From Propionibacterium freudenreichii subsp. freudenreichii (GTDB lineage Bacteria; Actinomycetota; Actinomycetes; Propionibacteriales; Propionibacteriaceae), in the NCBI RefSeq assembly GCF_000940845.1, contig NZ_CP010341.1, positions 2,617,167 through 2,649,166 on the forward strand: a stretch of DNA of 32,000 bases, given 5' to 3'. The notes below the pieces were generated by a model. That model saw nothing but the letters and a program-made list of their open reading frames with translations, was not told the DNA's origin and did no database searches. Positions 1 through 8,779 of the stretch are shown here, in pieces. Positions within the stretch are counted from its first letter, which is position 1. Each line of letters opens with the position of its first letter. A program made the translations under genes and the position numbers.

Positions 1-279
1 GGGTGAACACTATCCCTGTGCCGGCGCTGGCACAGCCCCGCAACTTCCCGACATCCCACGACAAGATTCGAATTCCGGCGTGACTGCCGATGCCTGAGTC
101 AACGGCTTTTCGTGATGTTAACATGCGAATCGCCGATATGGACGCCATTCTCATCACCACTGAGAAGGATCCGAATCTCGCCAATCCGCCAAAGGGTTTC
201 GGCAGGTCGAACTATGAATCGGCCTTGTGTAACCCGTCACGACGCAATGAATCCTCAATGACCTTTCTGTGGACAAAGA

Positions 280-314
280 GGGGGCGTCCGTGGATCGACT
301 CCACGGACGCCCCC
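280..314 (-). terminator. Stem-loop directly 3' of the MMPL gene
   Basis: Perfect 14-bp stem GGGGGCGTCCGTGG (280-293) / CCACGGACGCCCCC (301-314) with a 7-nt loop. On the minus strand it is followed by TCTTTGT. It lies 29 nt after the stop codon at 343-345. Confidence 0.5.
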
Positions 315-342
315 TGCATCTTCTGCAATACCGGGTTCGGCG

Positions 343-2847
343 CTACTGCGTCGCCGGATTCACGCCCTTGCCATGCGAAGCAGCCGGATCGTGGGCCGAG
401 TCGGACACGAGCACATTGTGCGTGCGCTCCAACGAGGTTCCCTCGACGTCGACATTGGGCAGGATGCGGTCAAGCCACTTCGGCAGCCACCAGGCCGTCT
501 TGCCCATGAGGTGCATCAGCGCCGGCATGATGAACAGCCGCACGCCGAAGGCGTCGAAGAGCACGCCGAAGGCCAGGCCGAAGCCGAGCGGACGAATCAC
601 ATTCATTGGCGAGAAGATGAAGCCTGCGAACACCGAGATCATGATGATCGCGGCGGCACGCACAACCGGGGCGGCCATGCGCAAACCGCTCTTCACGGCC
701 ACCCGCGCCTCGACTCCGTGCTCATAGGCCTCGCGCATACCGCTCACCAGGAACAGCTGATAGTCCATGGCCAGGCCGAACAGCACACCGATGATAATCG
801 TGGGTGCGAAGCTCAGCAGCGGGCTTGGATCATGCACGCCGAACACCGAGCCCAACCAACCCCATTGATAGACGGCCGTGGTGGCCCCCAACGCGGCGAA
901 CAGGGACAACACGAACCCGCCGGTGGCCACGATAGGCACCAGGATCGAGCGGAAGACCACCATGAGAATGACCAGCGACAGGCCGACCACCACGATGAGA
1001 TAGGAAGGTAGCGCATCGGCCAGTTTCTGAGAGACGTCGATACTCATCGACGTCTGACCCGCCACACCCAGAGTGGTTCCGTCTGACGTAGGTGACAGAT
1101 CGCGCAGATCGTGCACCAGTTGCTCGGTGGACTTGTCGGTCGGCCCGCTGTTGGGGATCACCTGGAAGGCGATCACCGTGCGCGAGTCCGAAACCGCCGC
1201 CGGCACCACCGCAGCAACATCGTTCTGGGCAGCCAGCTGCTGTCCGATCTTTGCCTCCACGATCTGCTCTTCGTCGGTCGACATGGCCTGTGGCAAGGTG
1301 GCCACCACCATGAGCGGGCCGTTGACACCGGCGCCGAACTTCTCATCGGTCGTCTTGTAGTTCTTGTATTGCACCGAATCGGTCGGTTCCTGGGCGCCGG
1401 TTGGCATGCCCAGCTGCATGGACGTCGCGGGCAGCGCAATCACCACGAGTACGGCGGTGGCGATCACCGCACGAAGCACCGCATTACGGGTGCGCATCGG
1501 CCGGATCACGGGGGCTGCCTGTTCGGGGGTGCCGATGCTCTTGCGTGACTTCTTGTTGAGCGCATGGTTACCCATCAGGCTCAGCAACGCCGGGGTGAAG
1601 GTGATGGCCACCAGCACGGCAACCAGCACAGCGACCGCGGCGACATCGCCCATCACGCGCAGGAAGGGGATGCCGGTGATGTTGAGCGCCAGCAAGGCGA
1701 TGAACACGGTGGAACCGGCGAAGACAACGGCGTTGCCGGCGGTGCCCACCGCCAGACCGATCGACTCGCGCTTGTCCATGCCGGCCAGCAGCTGCTTGCG
1801 ATGCCGGTTGAGGATGAACAGCGAATAGTCGATGCCCACCGCCAGGCCGATCATCAGGCCCAGCATCGGGGTGACGTTCATCATGGTGACCTTGCCCGAC
1901 AGGGCCAGCGCGCCGGTCACGGCTACACCCACGCCCACCAGCGAGCTGATCAGCGGCGTAATGGCAGGCAGGATCGCCCGCATCATGAACACCAGCACCA
2001 CGAGTGCGACCGCAACGCCGACCACCTCCATGCCGCCCAGGCCGCCGATGTCAAAGGCCAGGCCGTTGGAATAGGTGGTCTGCACACCGGGGATCGAGGT
2101 GTCGTCGATCACGTCGCGGATGGCCTGTTTCTGGCTCGAATCCATCTCCACTGCTTCCTTCTCCAGCGAGACGGTGGCGAAGGCGCTGCTGCCGTCCTGC
2201 GAGACGGTGCGCAGATTCTGTGACATCTCGATCAGGGACTTGGCGGCAGTGGCCTTTTCCTGCTGCGTCGACAGCTGATTGGCGCTGTCGTCCAGTTTGG
2301 ACTTCTGGGCGTCCAACTGAGCCTGCTGCGCCTGGAACTGGGCCGCCATCGCGTCATAGACACCGGCCGCCTTGGCTTGGTCCTCGGCGGCGGTCAATTT
2401 CTGCTGAGCCGCATCGAACTGGGTGCGTCCAGCGTCCAGCTGCTGCTGGGCAGTTTGCAGCTGAGTCTCAGCGGCGGCAAGTTGCTGAGCCTGCGCCTCG
2501 CGCTGGTCGGCGGTCTGGAACGGGTTGACCGTGCCGGTAACCCCCTCGGCCTTGTCCACCCGACCGAGTAACTCTGCGATCTGCGTCTTCTGGGCGTCGG
2601 AGAAGCTTCCCGAGTCGGAGGTGAAGACGATCCGCTCGCTGCCGCCCGACGCCTGTGGCAGCGCCTGCTTCATCGAGTCGGCAACCTGCTGGGTCTCGGT
2701 GTTGGGAATGGAGAATGAGGTGCTCAGGGTGCCGTGGAACGCGGCATAGGCGCCACCGGCTGCGGCCAGCACGATTAGCCAGCAGATGATCACCGCCCAG
2801 GCCCGGTGTGCGGCCCCTCGGCCCAACCGGTACAACAACTTCGCCAT
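343..2847 (-). CDS. MMPL family (RND-related) membrane transporter
   Basis: 834-aa ORF with two hydrophobic blocks carrying MMPL-type motifs (GIDYSLFILNRHR and AMDYQLFLVSGMREA). A long Gln/Ala coiled-coil lies in the first extracytoplasmic loop. GGAAGG SD sits 7 nt upstream of the ATG. A TetR gene is divergent. Confidence 0.9.
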   Translation of the reverse strand: MAKLLYRLGRGAAHRAWAVIICWLIVLAAAGGAYAAFHGTLSTSFSIPNTETQQVADSMKQALPQASGGSERIVFTSDSGSFSDAQKTQIAELLGRVDKAEGVTGTVNPFQTADQREAQAQQLAAAETQLQTAQQQLDAGRTQFDAAQQKLTAAEDQAKAAGVYDAMAAQFQAQQAQLDAQKSKLDDSANQLSTQQEKATAAKSLIEMSQNLRTVSQDGSSAFATVSLEKEAVEMDSSQKQAIRDVIDDTSIPGVQTTYSNGLAFDIGGLGGMEVVGVAVALVVLVFMMRAILPAITPLISSLVGVGVAVTGALALSGKVTMMNVTPMLGLMIGLAVGIDYSLFILNRHRKQLLAGMDKRESIGLAVGTAGNAVVFAGSTVFIALLALNITGIPFLRVMGDVAAVAVLVAVLVAITFTPALLSLMGNHALNKKSRKSIGTPEQAAPVIRPMRTRNAVLRAVIATAVLVVIALPATSMQLGMPTGAQEPTDSVQYKNYKTTDEKFGAGVNGPLMVVATLPQAMSTDEEQIVEAKIGQQLAAQNDVAAVVPAAVSDSRTVIAFQVIPNSGPTDKSTEQLVHDLRDLSPTSDGTTLGVAGQTSMSIDVSQKLADALPSYLIVVVGLSLVILMVVFRSILVPIVATGGFVLSLFAALGATTAVYQWGWLGSVFGVHDPSPLLSFAPTIIIGVLFGLAMDYQLFLVSGMREAYEHGVEARVAVKSGLRMAAPVVRAAAIIMISVFAGFIFSPMNVIRPLGFGLAFGVLFDAFGVRLFIMPALMHLMGKTAWWLPKWLDRILPNVDVEGTSLERTHNVLVSDSAHDPAASHGKGVNPATQ

Positions 2848-2976
2848 CGGATGTCCTTCCGTTTCTCACATGTGGCGGCCCCACCCGCACGCCCCCGCAG
2901 GGACGCGGCGAACTGGAGCCACCTGGTCGTTCGTGGTTGGCACATCGTCGGGCCGTGAGCCACGATACACAACGAG

Positions 2977-2992
2977 TGTTGCATAAACAACA
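2977..2992. promoter_or_regulatory. Candidate TetR operator in the divergent MMPL/TetR promoter region
   Basis: TGTTGcataaaCAACA, a 5-bp inverted repeat around an AT-rich centre. It sits in the least GC-rich part of the 213-bp divergent intergenic region, and further CAAC/GTTG motifs flank it. No binding data. Confidence 0.25.
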
Positions 2993-3060
2993 TCTGTCGC
3001 ATATCCTGTGAAGGTCGTCGCAGATCGCCCGTCGGTGGGCGGTCATCGGGGGAGGGCACC

Positions 3061-3747
3061 ATGGACGCACGCATCGTCAGGACGCGGCACGCGCTGCAGG
3101 GCGCCCTGCTGGAATTGGCGCGCGACAGGCCGCTCGACGACATCACGGTGGGCGACATCACCAAGCGCGCCCGCGTGAACCGCTCGAGCTTCTACCTGCA
3201 CTACACCGACAAGGACACGCCGCTGGCCGACGCACTGGAGATGCAGATCGACAGGTCGGCCGACGACGAGGACCTGCGCACCGACTCACCCGAGCACATG
3301 CCGCCGGGGCTGACGGACTACCTCAACCACGTGGCGGAATATGCCTCGCTGTACGGCCGGGTGCTCAACGACGGCGGGTCGGGCGTGGTGGCCAACCGGC
3401 TGCGCAGCCACGTGCACGACATCGTCGAGCGCGCCCTGAACGACTCGGACGCCGATCCCTTCCCCAACCTGCCGCGCGACATCGCCGCAGCCGGGGTCGC
3501 CGGCCTGGCAGTGGGCATCATCACCGCCTGGCTCGGGCGCGACCCGATGCCACCGGTACACACCGCCGCCACCTGGATCTGGGACATGCTCGTGCCGGTC
3601 GCCGGCGTGGCCGGACGTCCGTCGGATGCTGCGTCGTCCTCCAACGACGGGTCCGGGCCCAATCCTGCGGCCCCCTCGGGCGGCGACTCCGGATACCTCG
3701 CGCTGGGGCTGCGCCGAACAACCGGGAAATCATCGATCCCGGGCTAG
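3061..3747 (+). CDS. TetR/AcrR family transcriptional regulator
   Basis: N-terminal HTH ITVGDITKRARVNRSSFYLHYTDKD is typical of TetR_N. GGGGGAGGG SD precedes the ATG. The gene is divergent from the MMPL transporter. Confidence 0.9.
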   Translation: MDARIVRTRHALQGALLELARDRPLDDITVGDITKRARVNRSSFYLHYTDKDTPLADALEMQIDRSADDEDLRTDSPEHMPPGLTDYLNHVAEYASLYGRVLNDGGSGVVANRLRSHVHDIVERALNDSDADPFPNLPRDIAAAGVAGLAVGIITAWLGRDPMPPVHTAATWIWDMLVPVAGVAGRPSDAASSSNDGSGPNPAAPSGGDSGYLALGLRRTTGKSSIPG

Positions 3748-3804
3748 CTACTGTGGATACAGCCAAGTAGACAACCGGGGTCATCTCTCCGAAGGAGAAC
3801 AACC

Positions 3805-4461
3805 ATGGAGAAGAAGACAACCACCAAGAACGTCACCGTCCTGGGCGCCCACGGGCAGATCGCCCGCATCGTCATCGAACGGCTGCTGGCCGAAACCGAC
3901 GACCACCTCACCCTGTTCATGCGCGACGCTGCGCGCCTGGGCAACGTCGACGCCGCCCGCGAGACCGTGGTGGAAGGCGATGCCACCAGCACCGACGACC
4001 TGGCGAAGGCCGTGCGGGGCGCAGACATCGTCTACGCCAACCTCGCCGGAAAGATCGAAGCCGAGGCCGACGCCGTCGTGGCGGCCATGCGGGCAGCCGG
4101 CGTCAAGCGCCTCATCTGGATCTCGTCGCTGGGCATCTACGACGAGGTTCCCGGGGCCTTCGGCGCATGGAACCACAAGATGCTCGACGGCGGATACCTG
4201 CAGACCTATGCGCGCGCCGCCGCCACCATCGAGGCGTCCGGACTCGACTACACGATCATTCGTCCCGCCTGGTTGCAGGACGAACCCACCGTTGATTACG
4301 AGACCACCCAGAAGGGCGAGCCCTTCAAGGGCACCGAGGTCTCGCGTGCTTCGGTGGCCGACGTCGTGGTGCACCTGATCAACCAGCCCGACCGCGACAT
4401 CGGCCATTCGGTGGGCGTCGACAAGCCGGGCACCGACGGCGACAAGCCCTCGTTCTATTGA
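3805..4461 (+). CDS. NAD(P)H-binding protein, atypical SDR / NmrA-like
   Basis: 218 aa with the Rossmann start VTVLGAHGQIARIVIERLL. The length and C-terminal pattern (WLQDEP...) fit NAD(P)-binding oxidoreductases. GAAGGAG SD lies 7 nt upstream. Confidence 0.85.
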   Translation: MEKKTTTKNVTVLGAHGQIARIVIERLLAETDDHLTLFMRDAARLGNVDAARETVVEGDATSTDDLAKAVRGADIVYANLAGKIEAEADAVVAAMRAAGVKRLIWISSLGIYDEVPGAFGAWNHKMLDGGYLQTYARAAATIEASGLDYTIIRPAWLQDEPTVDYETTQKGEPFKGTEVSRASVADVVVHLINQPDRDIGHSVGVDKPGTDGDKPSFY

Positions 4462-4553
4462 TCTGCGGCGGCGACTCGGGCACCGGGCATCGCGATCACT
4501 CAGCCCCCAGTCCAATCCCTCCCACCCAGCATTTCCACCCCCAGGAGTCAGAC

Positions 4554-4985
4554 ATGTTCCACCGTTCGCAGAAGCAGTCACCATCCAGCTCGTCACCCTC
4601 GGCACGCCGCCACCCGGTGCGCACCGCCGCCCGCTGAGGCCTGGCCGGAGCGCTGGCATTCACCGGTGTGGGCCACCTGAGCTTTGCCCGCGAGGGCTTC
4701 GCCGTCGCGGTGCCCGATTGGATGCCGGGCAGCAAGGACGCCACGGTGCTCGCCTCGGGCGTGGTCGAGCTGGCGCTTGCCGCCGCGCTTGCCTCCGGCG
4801 TCCAGCGCAAGCAGGTGGGACGCGCCACGGCCGCCTTCTTCGCGGCCGTGTTCCCGGGCAATGTGCACCAATATGTGAAGCACCTCGACGCATCATTCCT
4901 CAACAGTGACCAGCGACGCCTGGTACGCCTGTACTTCCAGCCCCTGCTCGTGGCGTGGGCGCTGGAGGCGACGCGCGAGGACTGA
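4554..4985 (+). pseudogene. DoxX-like small membrane protein interrupted by an in-frame TGA (codon 28)
   Basis: ATG 4554 has AGGAG 6 nt upstream. It runs 27 codons to TGA 4635-4637, and the same frame then continues open to 4985. The downstream part (GLAGALAFTGVGHLSF...VPDWMPG...FPGNVHQY) resembles DoxX-like membrane proteins, whose first helix would span the stop. Confidence 0.55.
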
Positions 4986-5024
4986 GCGCACCGCCACCCG
5001 GCAGTCATGCCCGGCGGGCGATGC

Positions 5025-5816
5025 TCACTCCACCGCCCTGCGGACGATCTCGGCGGCCTGCGCCGGCGTCACCCCGCCGCGCCACTGGTTGTCGGGATAG
5101 CTGACCACCACCGGGGCTTGGTTGCACGGGAACAGGCACAGGGTGCGGGTGATCAACACCTCGTCGTGCACCACGCCCAGCTCCTTGGCGGTGCGCACCA
5201 TCGACTCCACCACCTCGCGGCTGCCCTGCGCGTTGCAGCGCACGCCGCAGCACACCAGCAGGTGACGCCGGAACGGCGGGGGAGCCTGCCACGCCGGGCT
5301 GTGCAGCGGGGCCTCGTCGCCACTGATCGGGTCCCAGCGGGTACCGGACGCGGAGCCATCCCGGGGGGATTCCCCGGGCGCGGACGCCACAGCCACTGGC
5401 CCACGCAGCGGACCGGCATCTGGCGGCTCAACGCCATCGTGACGCTCATGGCGCACCTGCAGCACCACGGCGGGCGCGCCATCGCGGCGGGTGCGCAGCC
5501 AGTGTCCGGCTACCCGACGCAGCCACGACACCGACGTGGCACCACCGCCGGGCTGGCAACCGATCAGGCGGATGCCCACCCCGGACGAACCGAGCGGCGC
5601 GCGCCCACTCGTCGAGGCCCGCCCCTCGGGCCCGGCCCCCGGGGACGCGTCCACGCCCGCCAATTCATCGAGCACCTCGACCAGCGGCGTGCCATCACCC
5701 TCCAGGCTGGCCGACGCCAAGCCCGGCAGCTCCGCGGCCCAGGCCTGCACCGCCGCGTTGCTCGTGGCGTTCATCGACACCAGCACCACCTGCCAACCCC
5801 GCTCCTCAGCCGCCAT
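5025..5816 (-). CDS. Thioredoxin-like [2Fe-2S] ferredoxin domain protein with uncharacterised N-terminal domain
   Basis: The C-terminal about 90 aa carry CX4C (C-CGVR-C) and CX3C (C-LFP-C) in the LLVC...FPCN context typical of thioredoxin-like [2Fe-2S] ferredoxins. The start overlaps the upstream ATPase gene by 11 nt. It is the last gene of the riboswitch-controlled operon. Confidence 0.7.
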   Translation of the reverse strand: MAAEERGWQVVLVSMNATSNAAVQAWAAELPGLASASLEGDGTPLVEVLDELAGVDASPGAGPEGRASTSGRAPLGSSGVGIRLIGCQPGGGATSVSWLRRVAGHWLRTRRDGAPAVVLQVRHERHDGVEPPDAGPLRGPVAVASAPGESPRDGSASGTRWDPISGDEAPLHSPAWQAPPPFRRHLLVCCGVRCNAQGSREVVESMVRTAKELGVVHDEVLITRTLCLFPCNQAPVVVSYPDNQWRGGVTPAQAAEIVRRAVE

Positions 5817-6537
5817 CGCTGACCAACCCCTGCCATGAGAACCTGAGTCGATCGGTGCGGCTCACCTGTCCACGCACCGCGAAGCGCTCGGCCACCAGCT
5901 GGGCGGTCAGCACCTCGTCGGTAGGACCCTGCGCCACCAGGTGGCCGTCGTCGAGCACGATGAGGCGGTCGGCGAAGGCTGCCGCCAGGTCGAGGTCGTG
6001 CAGCACCACCAGCGTGGTCAGCCGCAGCGAGGTGACGATGCGCAACAGGGCGATCTGATGGTGCAGGTCGAGGTGGTTCGTCGGCTCGTCAAGCATCAGC
6101 ACCTGCGGCTCCTGGGCCAGGGCGCGTGCCAGCTGCACCCGCTGGCGTTCCCCACCTGACAAGGTGTTCCACGACCTGTCGTCCACCCGGGCGCCATGGG
6201 CGTTCAGCTGCCAGCGTCCCTCGTGGGGGATGCGGCCCAGCGCCACCACGTCGCGCACGGTGAGCGCCACGCGGGCCTGTGGCAGCTGTTCCATGAGCGC
6301 CATCGTGCGGGCGATCTCGCGGCGCGACATGTCGGTGAGGCGACGATCGTCCACCAGCACCTGACCCCGACTGGGCTTGCGCAGCCCACACAGCAGTTGC
6401 AGCAGGGTGGTCTTGCCGGAGCCGTTCATGCCCACCAGCGCGGTGCAGCAACCCTCGGCCACCTCGGTGGTGATGTCGCGGACGATCCACCGGTCGTCCA
6501 CCTGCCAGCCCAGGCCACGGCATGCCAGGCGCGTCAT
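5806..6537 (-). CDS. ABC transporter ATP-binding protein (BtuD/FepC-type, metal-chelate/corrinoid importer)
   Basis: Walker A GMNGSGKTT, signature LSGGERQR, Walker B VLMLDEPTNHLD, H-loop LHDL. The start ATG 6537 overlaps the permease stop (ATGA). The ORF-track extension to 7059 overlaps the permease and is not coding. Confidence 0.9.
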   Translation of the reverse strand: MTRLACRGLGWQVDDRWIVRDITTEVAEGCCTALVGMNGSGKTTLLQLLCGLRKPSRGQVLVDDRRLTDMSRREIARTMALMEQLPQARVALTVRDVVALGRIPHEGRWQLNAHGARVDDRSWNTLSGGERQRVQLARALAQEPQVLMLDEPTNHLDLHHQIALLRIVTSLRLTTLVVLHDLDLAAAFADRLIVLDDGHLVAQGPTDEVLTAQLVAERFAVRGQVSRTDRLRFSWQGLVSDGG

Positions 6538-7640
6538 TGCGACGCCTGCCTGCGCAACAGCACGGCCAACACGGGAGTGCCCAGCAGCGCGGTGATCACG
6601 CCCACCGGGATCTCGGTGTTGCCGGTGATCGACCGTGCCGCGGTGTCGGACCACAAGAGCAGCAGGGCCCCACCCAGCGCGGTGAGCGGCAACAGCCCGG
6701 CGTGCCTGGGGCCCACCAGCAGGCGCATGATGTGGGGCACGGTGAGCCCCACGAAGCCGATCGGGCCCACGAAGGCCACCGTCATGGCGGTGGTCAGGGC
6801 GGTGAAGATCATCAACCCCCAGCGCACCCGGGTGACGTTGATGCCCAATGAGGCCGCCGAGGTGTCGCCGAAGCTGAAGGCGTCCAGGGTGCGCGAATAA
6901 CCCATCGCCCCCACCAGCGTGACCAGCGCGACGCCCGCCAGCACGCCCGCAGCCAACCACCGCGCCCCGGCGAACGAGCCGAGCCTCCACTCCATCGCCG
7001 TGCGGGCCGCGGTGGTGCCCCCGAACACCATGATCAACAGGGAGGTGATGGCGGCGCACACCTGCGCCACCGCCACGCCGGCCAGCACCGTGCGGGCCGG
7101 CGGCAGCTCACCGCCGCGTCCGGTGGCCAGCACGAGCACCAGCAGCATCGCCAGCACGGCACCCACGAAGGCGGCGCCCATCATGAGCACCGACTGCGAC
7201 AGGCCCACCGACAGGCCGATCTCCAGCACGAAGACCGCCCCGACGCTGGCGCCGCTCGAGATGCCCAGCAGATAGGGGTCGGCCAGCGCATTTCCGGTGA
7301 GCGTCTGCAGGATCGCACCGCACACGGCCAGCACGGCTCCGGCGGCGATGGACGCCAGCACGCGCGGCAGGCGCAGCTGCCAGACGATCTGGTCGGCCAG
7401 CGGCGTGACATCGGCGCCGGTGATCAGCCGCAGGCGTCGCGCGATCACGCCCACCACCTCACCGGGTGACAGCGGCACCGATCCGATGCCCAGCGCCATC
7501 ACGACACTCACCGCCAGCGCGACCACCAGGACGCCCAGCCACAGCCAGTGCGCGGTACGAGCGTGCCCTGCGTGGGTCCGGCTGCCCGCATCGGCGCTAC
7601 CGCCGGCATCAGCCCGGGCGTCCGCCGCGGTCCGCGTCAT
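6534..7640 (-). CDS. FecCD/BtuC family ABC importer permease
   Basis: 368 aa and highly hydrophobic, with the FecCD-type motif GPIGFVGLTVPHIMRLLVGPRH. It is translationally coupled to the ATPase. Confidence 0.9.
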   Translation of the reverse strand: MTRTAADARADAGGSADAGSRTHAGHARTAHWLWLGVLVVALAVSVVMALGIGSVPLSPGEVVGVIARRLRLITGADVTPLADQIVWQLRLPRVLASIAAGAVLAVCGAILQTLTGNALADPYLLGISSGASVGAVFVLEIGLSVGLSQSVLMMGAAFVGAVLAMLLVLVLATGRGGELPPARTVLAGVAVAQVCAAITSLLIMVFGGTTAARTAMEWRLGSFAGARWLAAGVLAGVALVTLVGAMGYSRTLDAFSFGDTSAASLGINVTRVRWGLMIFTALTTAMTVAFVGPIGFVGLTVPHIMRLLVGPRHAGLLPLTALGGALLLLWSDTAARSITGNTEIPVGVITALLGTPVLAVLLRRQASQ

Positions 7641-7647
7641 GGACGCA

Positions 7648-8732
7648 TCACCTGGGCAGTGCGGCGAGCTGGTCCGAGACGGACTTGGCGCCGTCCACCA
7701 GCGTGGCGCCCGGCGTGGTCTGCGAGAACGGCACGGTGATGAAGCGCTTGTTCTGCACGGCCTTGAGGTTCTTCAGCGCCGGATCGTTGGAGATGTAGTC
7801 GATCTTCGACTGGGCGGTGGACCATGACGCGTCGGCCAGCACGATCACATCGGGATCGGCGGCCACGACCTTCTCCCAGGGCACATTGGCCCAGGCCCCG
7901 TCCACGTCGGCGAACGCGTTGGTGGCACCGACCGCCTGCATCACCAGCGCCGGACCGCCGGCATTGCCGCCGGTGAACGGGGTGTCGGTCTGCGAATCCC
8001 ACCAGAACACCTTCTGGCCGTCGCCGGCCTTCGCCTGCTTGACGGCGTCCAGCTCGGTCTTCTGCGCGTCGATCACCGTGGTGGCATTGCCGGGCTGGCC
8101 GAACAGCTTGGCGATGTCGCCCAGCGACGACCACACATTGTCGAAGCTCACCTGGGCGCGGTCGGCCTTGTTGTCACAGGCGAAGGGGTCTAGGTAGGTG
8201 GGGATGCCCTGCTGCTCGAGTTCGTCGCGGGTGCCCACCGCCTTGTCGCTGAAGGCGCTGGCATACGACGCCAGGGCGAAGTCGGGCTTGGCCTGGGCGA
8301 AGACCTCCTTGGTGGGGTACTTGTCGGCCAGCACCGGGATCGACGCGTAGGCGTCCTTGTACTTGTCGGCCACCTTGTCGTCGAGGTAGGCGGTGCCTGC
8401 CATCTGCTTCTGCACGCCCAGCGCGAGCGCCTCCTCGATGGCGCCCTGGTTGAGTGCCACCGCGCGCGTCGGCTGCTGCTTCACGGTGACGGTGCGCCCG
8501 CAGTTGTTCACCGACACCGGGAAGGCACCACCGGTGGCGCTTGCCGACGAGCTTCCCGAGCCGGGCGCGCCGGCGCATCCGGTGGCGGCATGGCCAGGCC
8601 GAGGCCCAGGGCCACCAGGCGGGAGCGGACCGGCAGGCGGCGGGCGACGTTGGGGCGCGCAGAGCTTGAGCGCCCAGAGCTTGAACGCACGGAATTCGGG
8701 CGCGGGGAATTGGGACGTGAGTACGCGGACAT
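7648..8732 (-). pseudogene. Periplasmic-binding-protein type (BtuF/FecB-like) substrate-binding lipoprotein, frameshifted in the signal peptide
   Basis: ATG 8732 has AGGAAGG SD 7 nt upstream and gives MSAY...ARRLPVRSRLVALGLGLAM, then hits a stop at 8508. The lipobox AATGC (Cys codon 8575-8577) and the whole mature class-III SBP (to 7648) are in another frame that has no start codon or signal peptide. One missing base near 8578-8592 would join the two parts. Confidence 0.7.
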
Positions 8733-8779
8733 TGCGAAACCTTCCTGAGGGGCCCTTCGCGGGGCCGACCGTGACAAGA

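Noticed and set aside
1-279. GC-poorer left edge: plus ORF 90..509, a minus-strand frame open to the window edge, and a CTGTGCC-ggcgct-GGCACAG hairpin (14-32)
   Set aside because: Neither frame shows a GC3 bias or a recognisable motif. The plus ORF runs into the MMPL gene antisense. The region is truncated by the window edge, so no call is defensible.
4635-4637. In-frame TGA as selenocysteine or programmed read-through
   Set aside because: I see no convincing stem-loop immediately downstream that would act as a SECIS element, and the protein family has no redox Cys/Sec site at this position. A nonsense mutation or sequencing error is more parsimonious.
5806-6537. Possible internal deletion in the ATPase helical subdomain (short GRIPHEGRW...NTLSGGE segment)
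   Set aside because: At 243 aa it is close to E. coli BtuD (about 249 aa), which also has a short segment here. All catalytic motifs are intact, so there is not enough evidence for decay.
6538-7059. Upstream extension of the ATPase ORF (417-aa version)
   Set aside because: It fully overlaps the FecCD permease gene in another frame. The ATPase homology starts at MTRLACRGL (ATG 6537), which forms an ATGA overlap with the permease stop.
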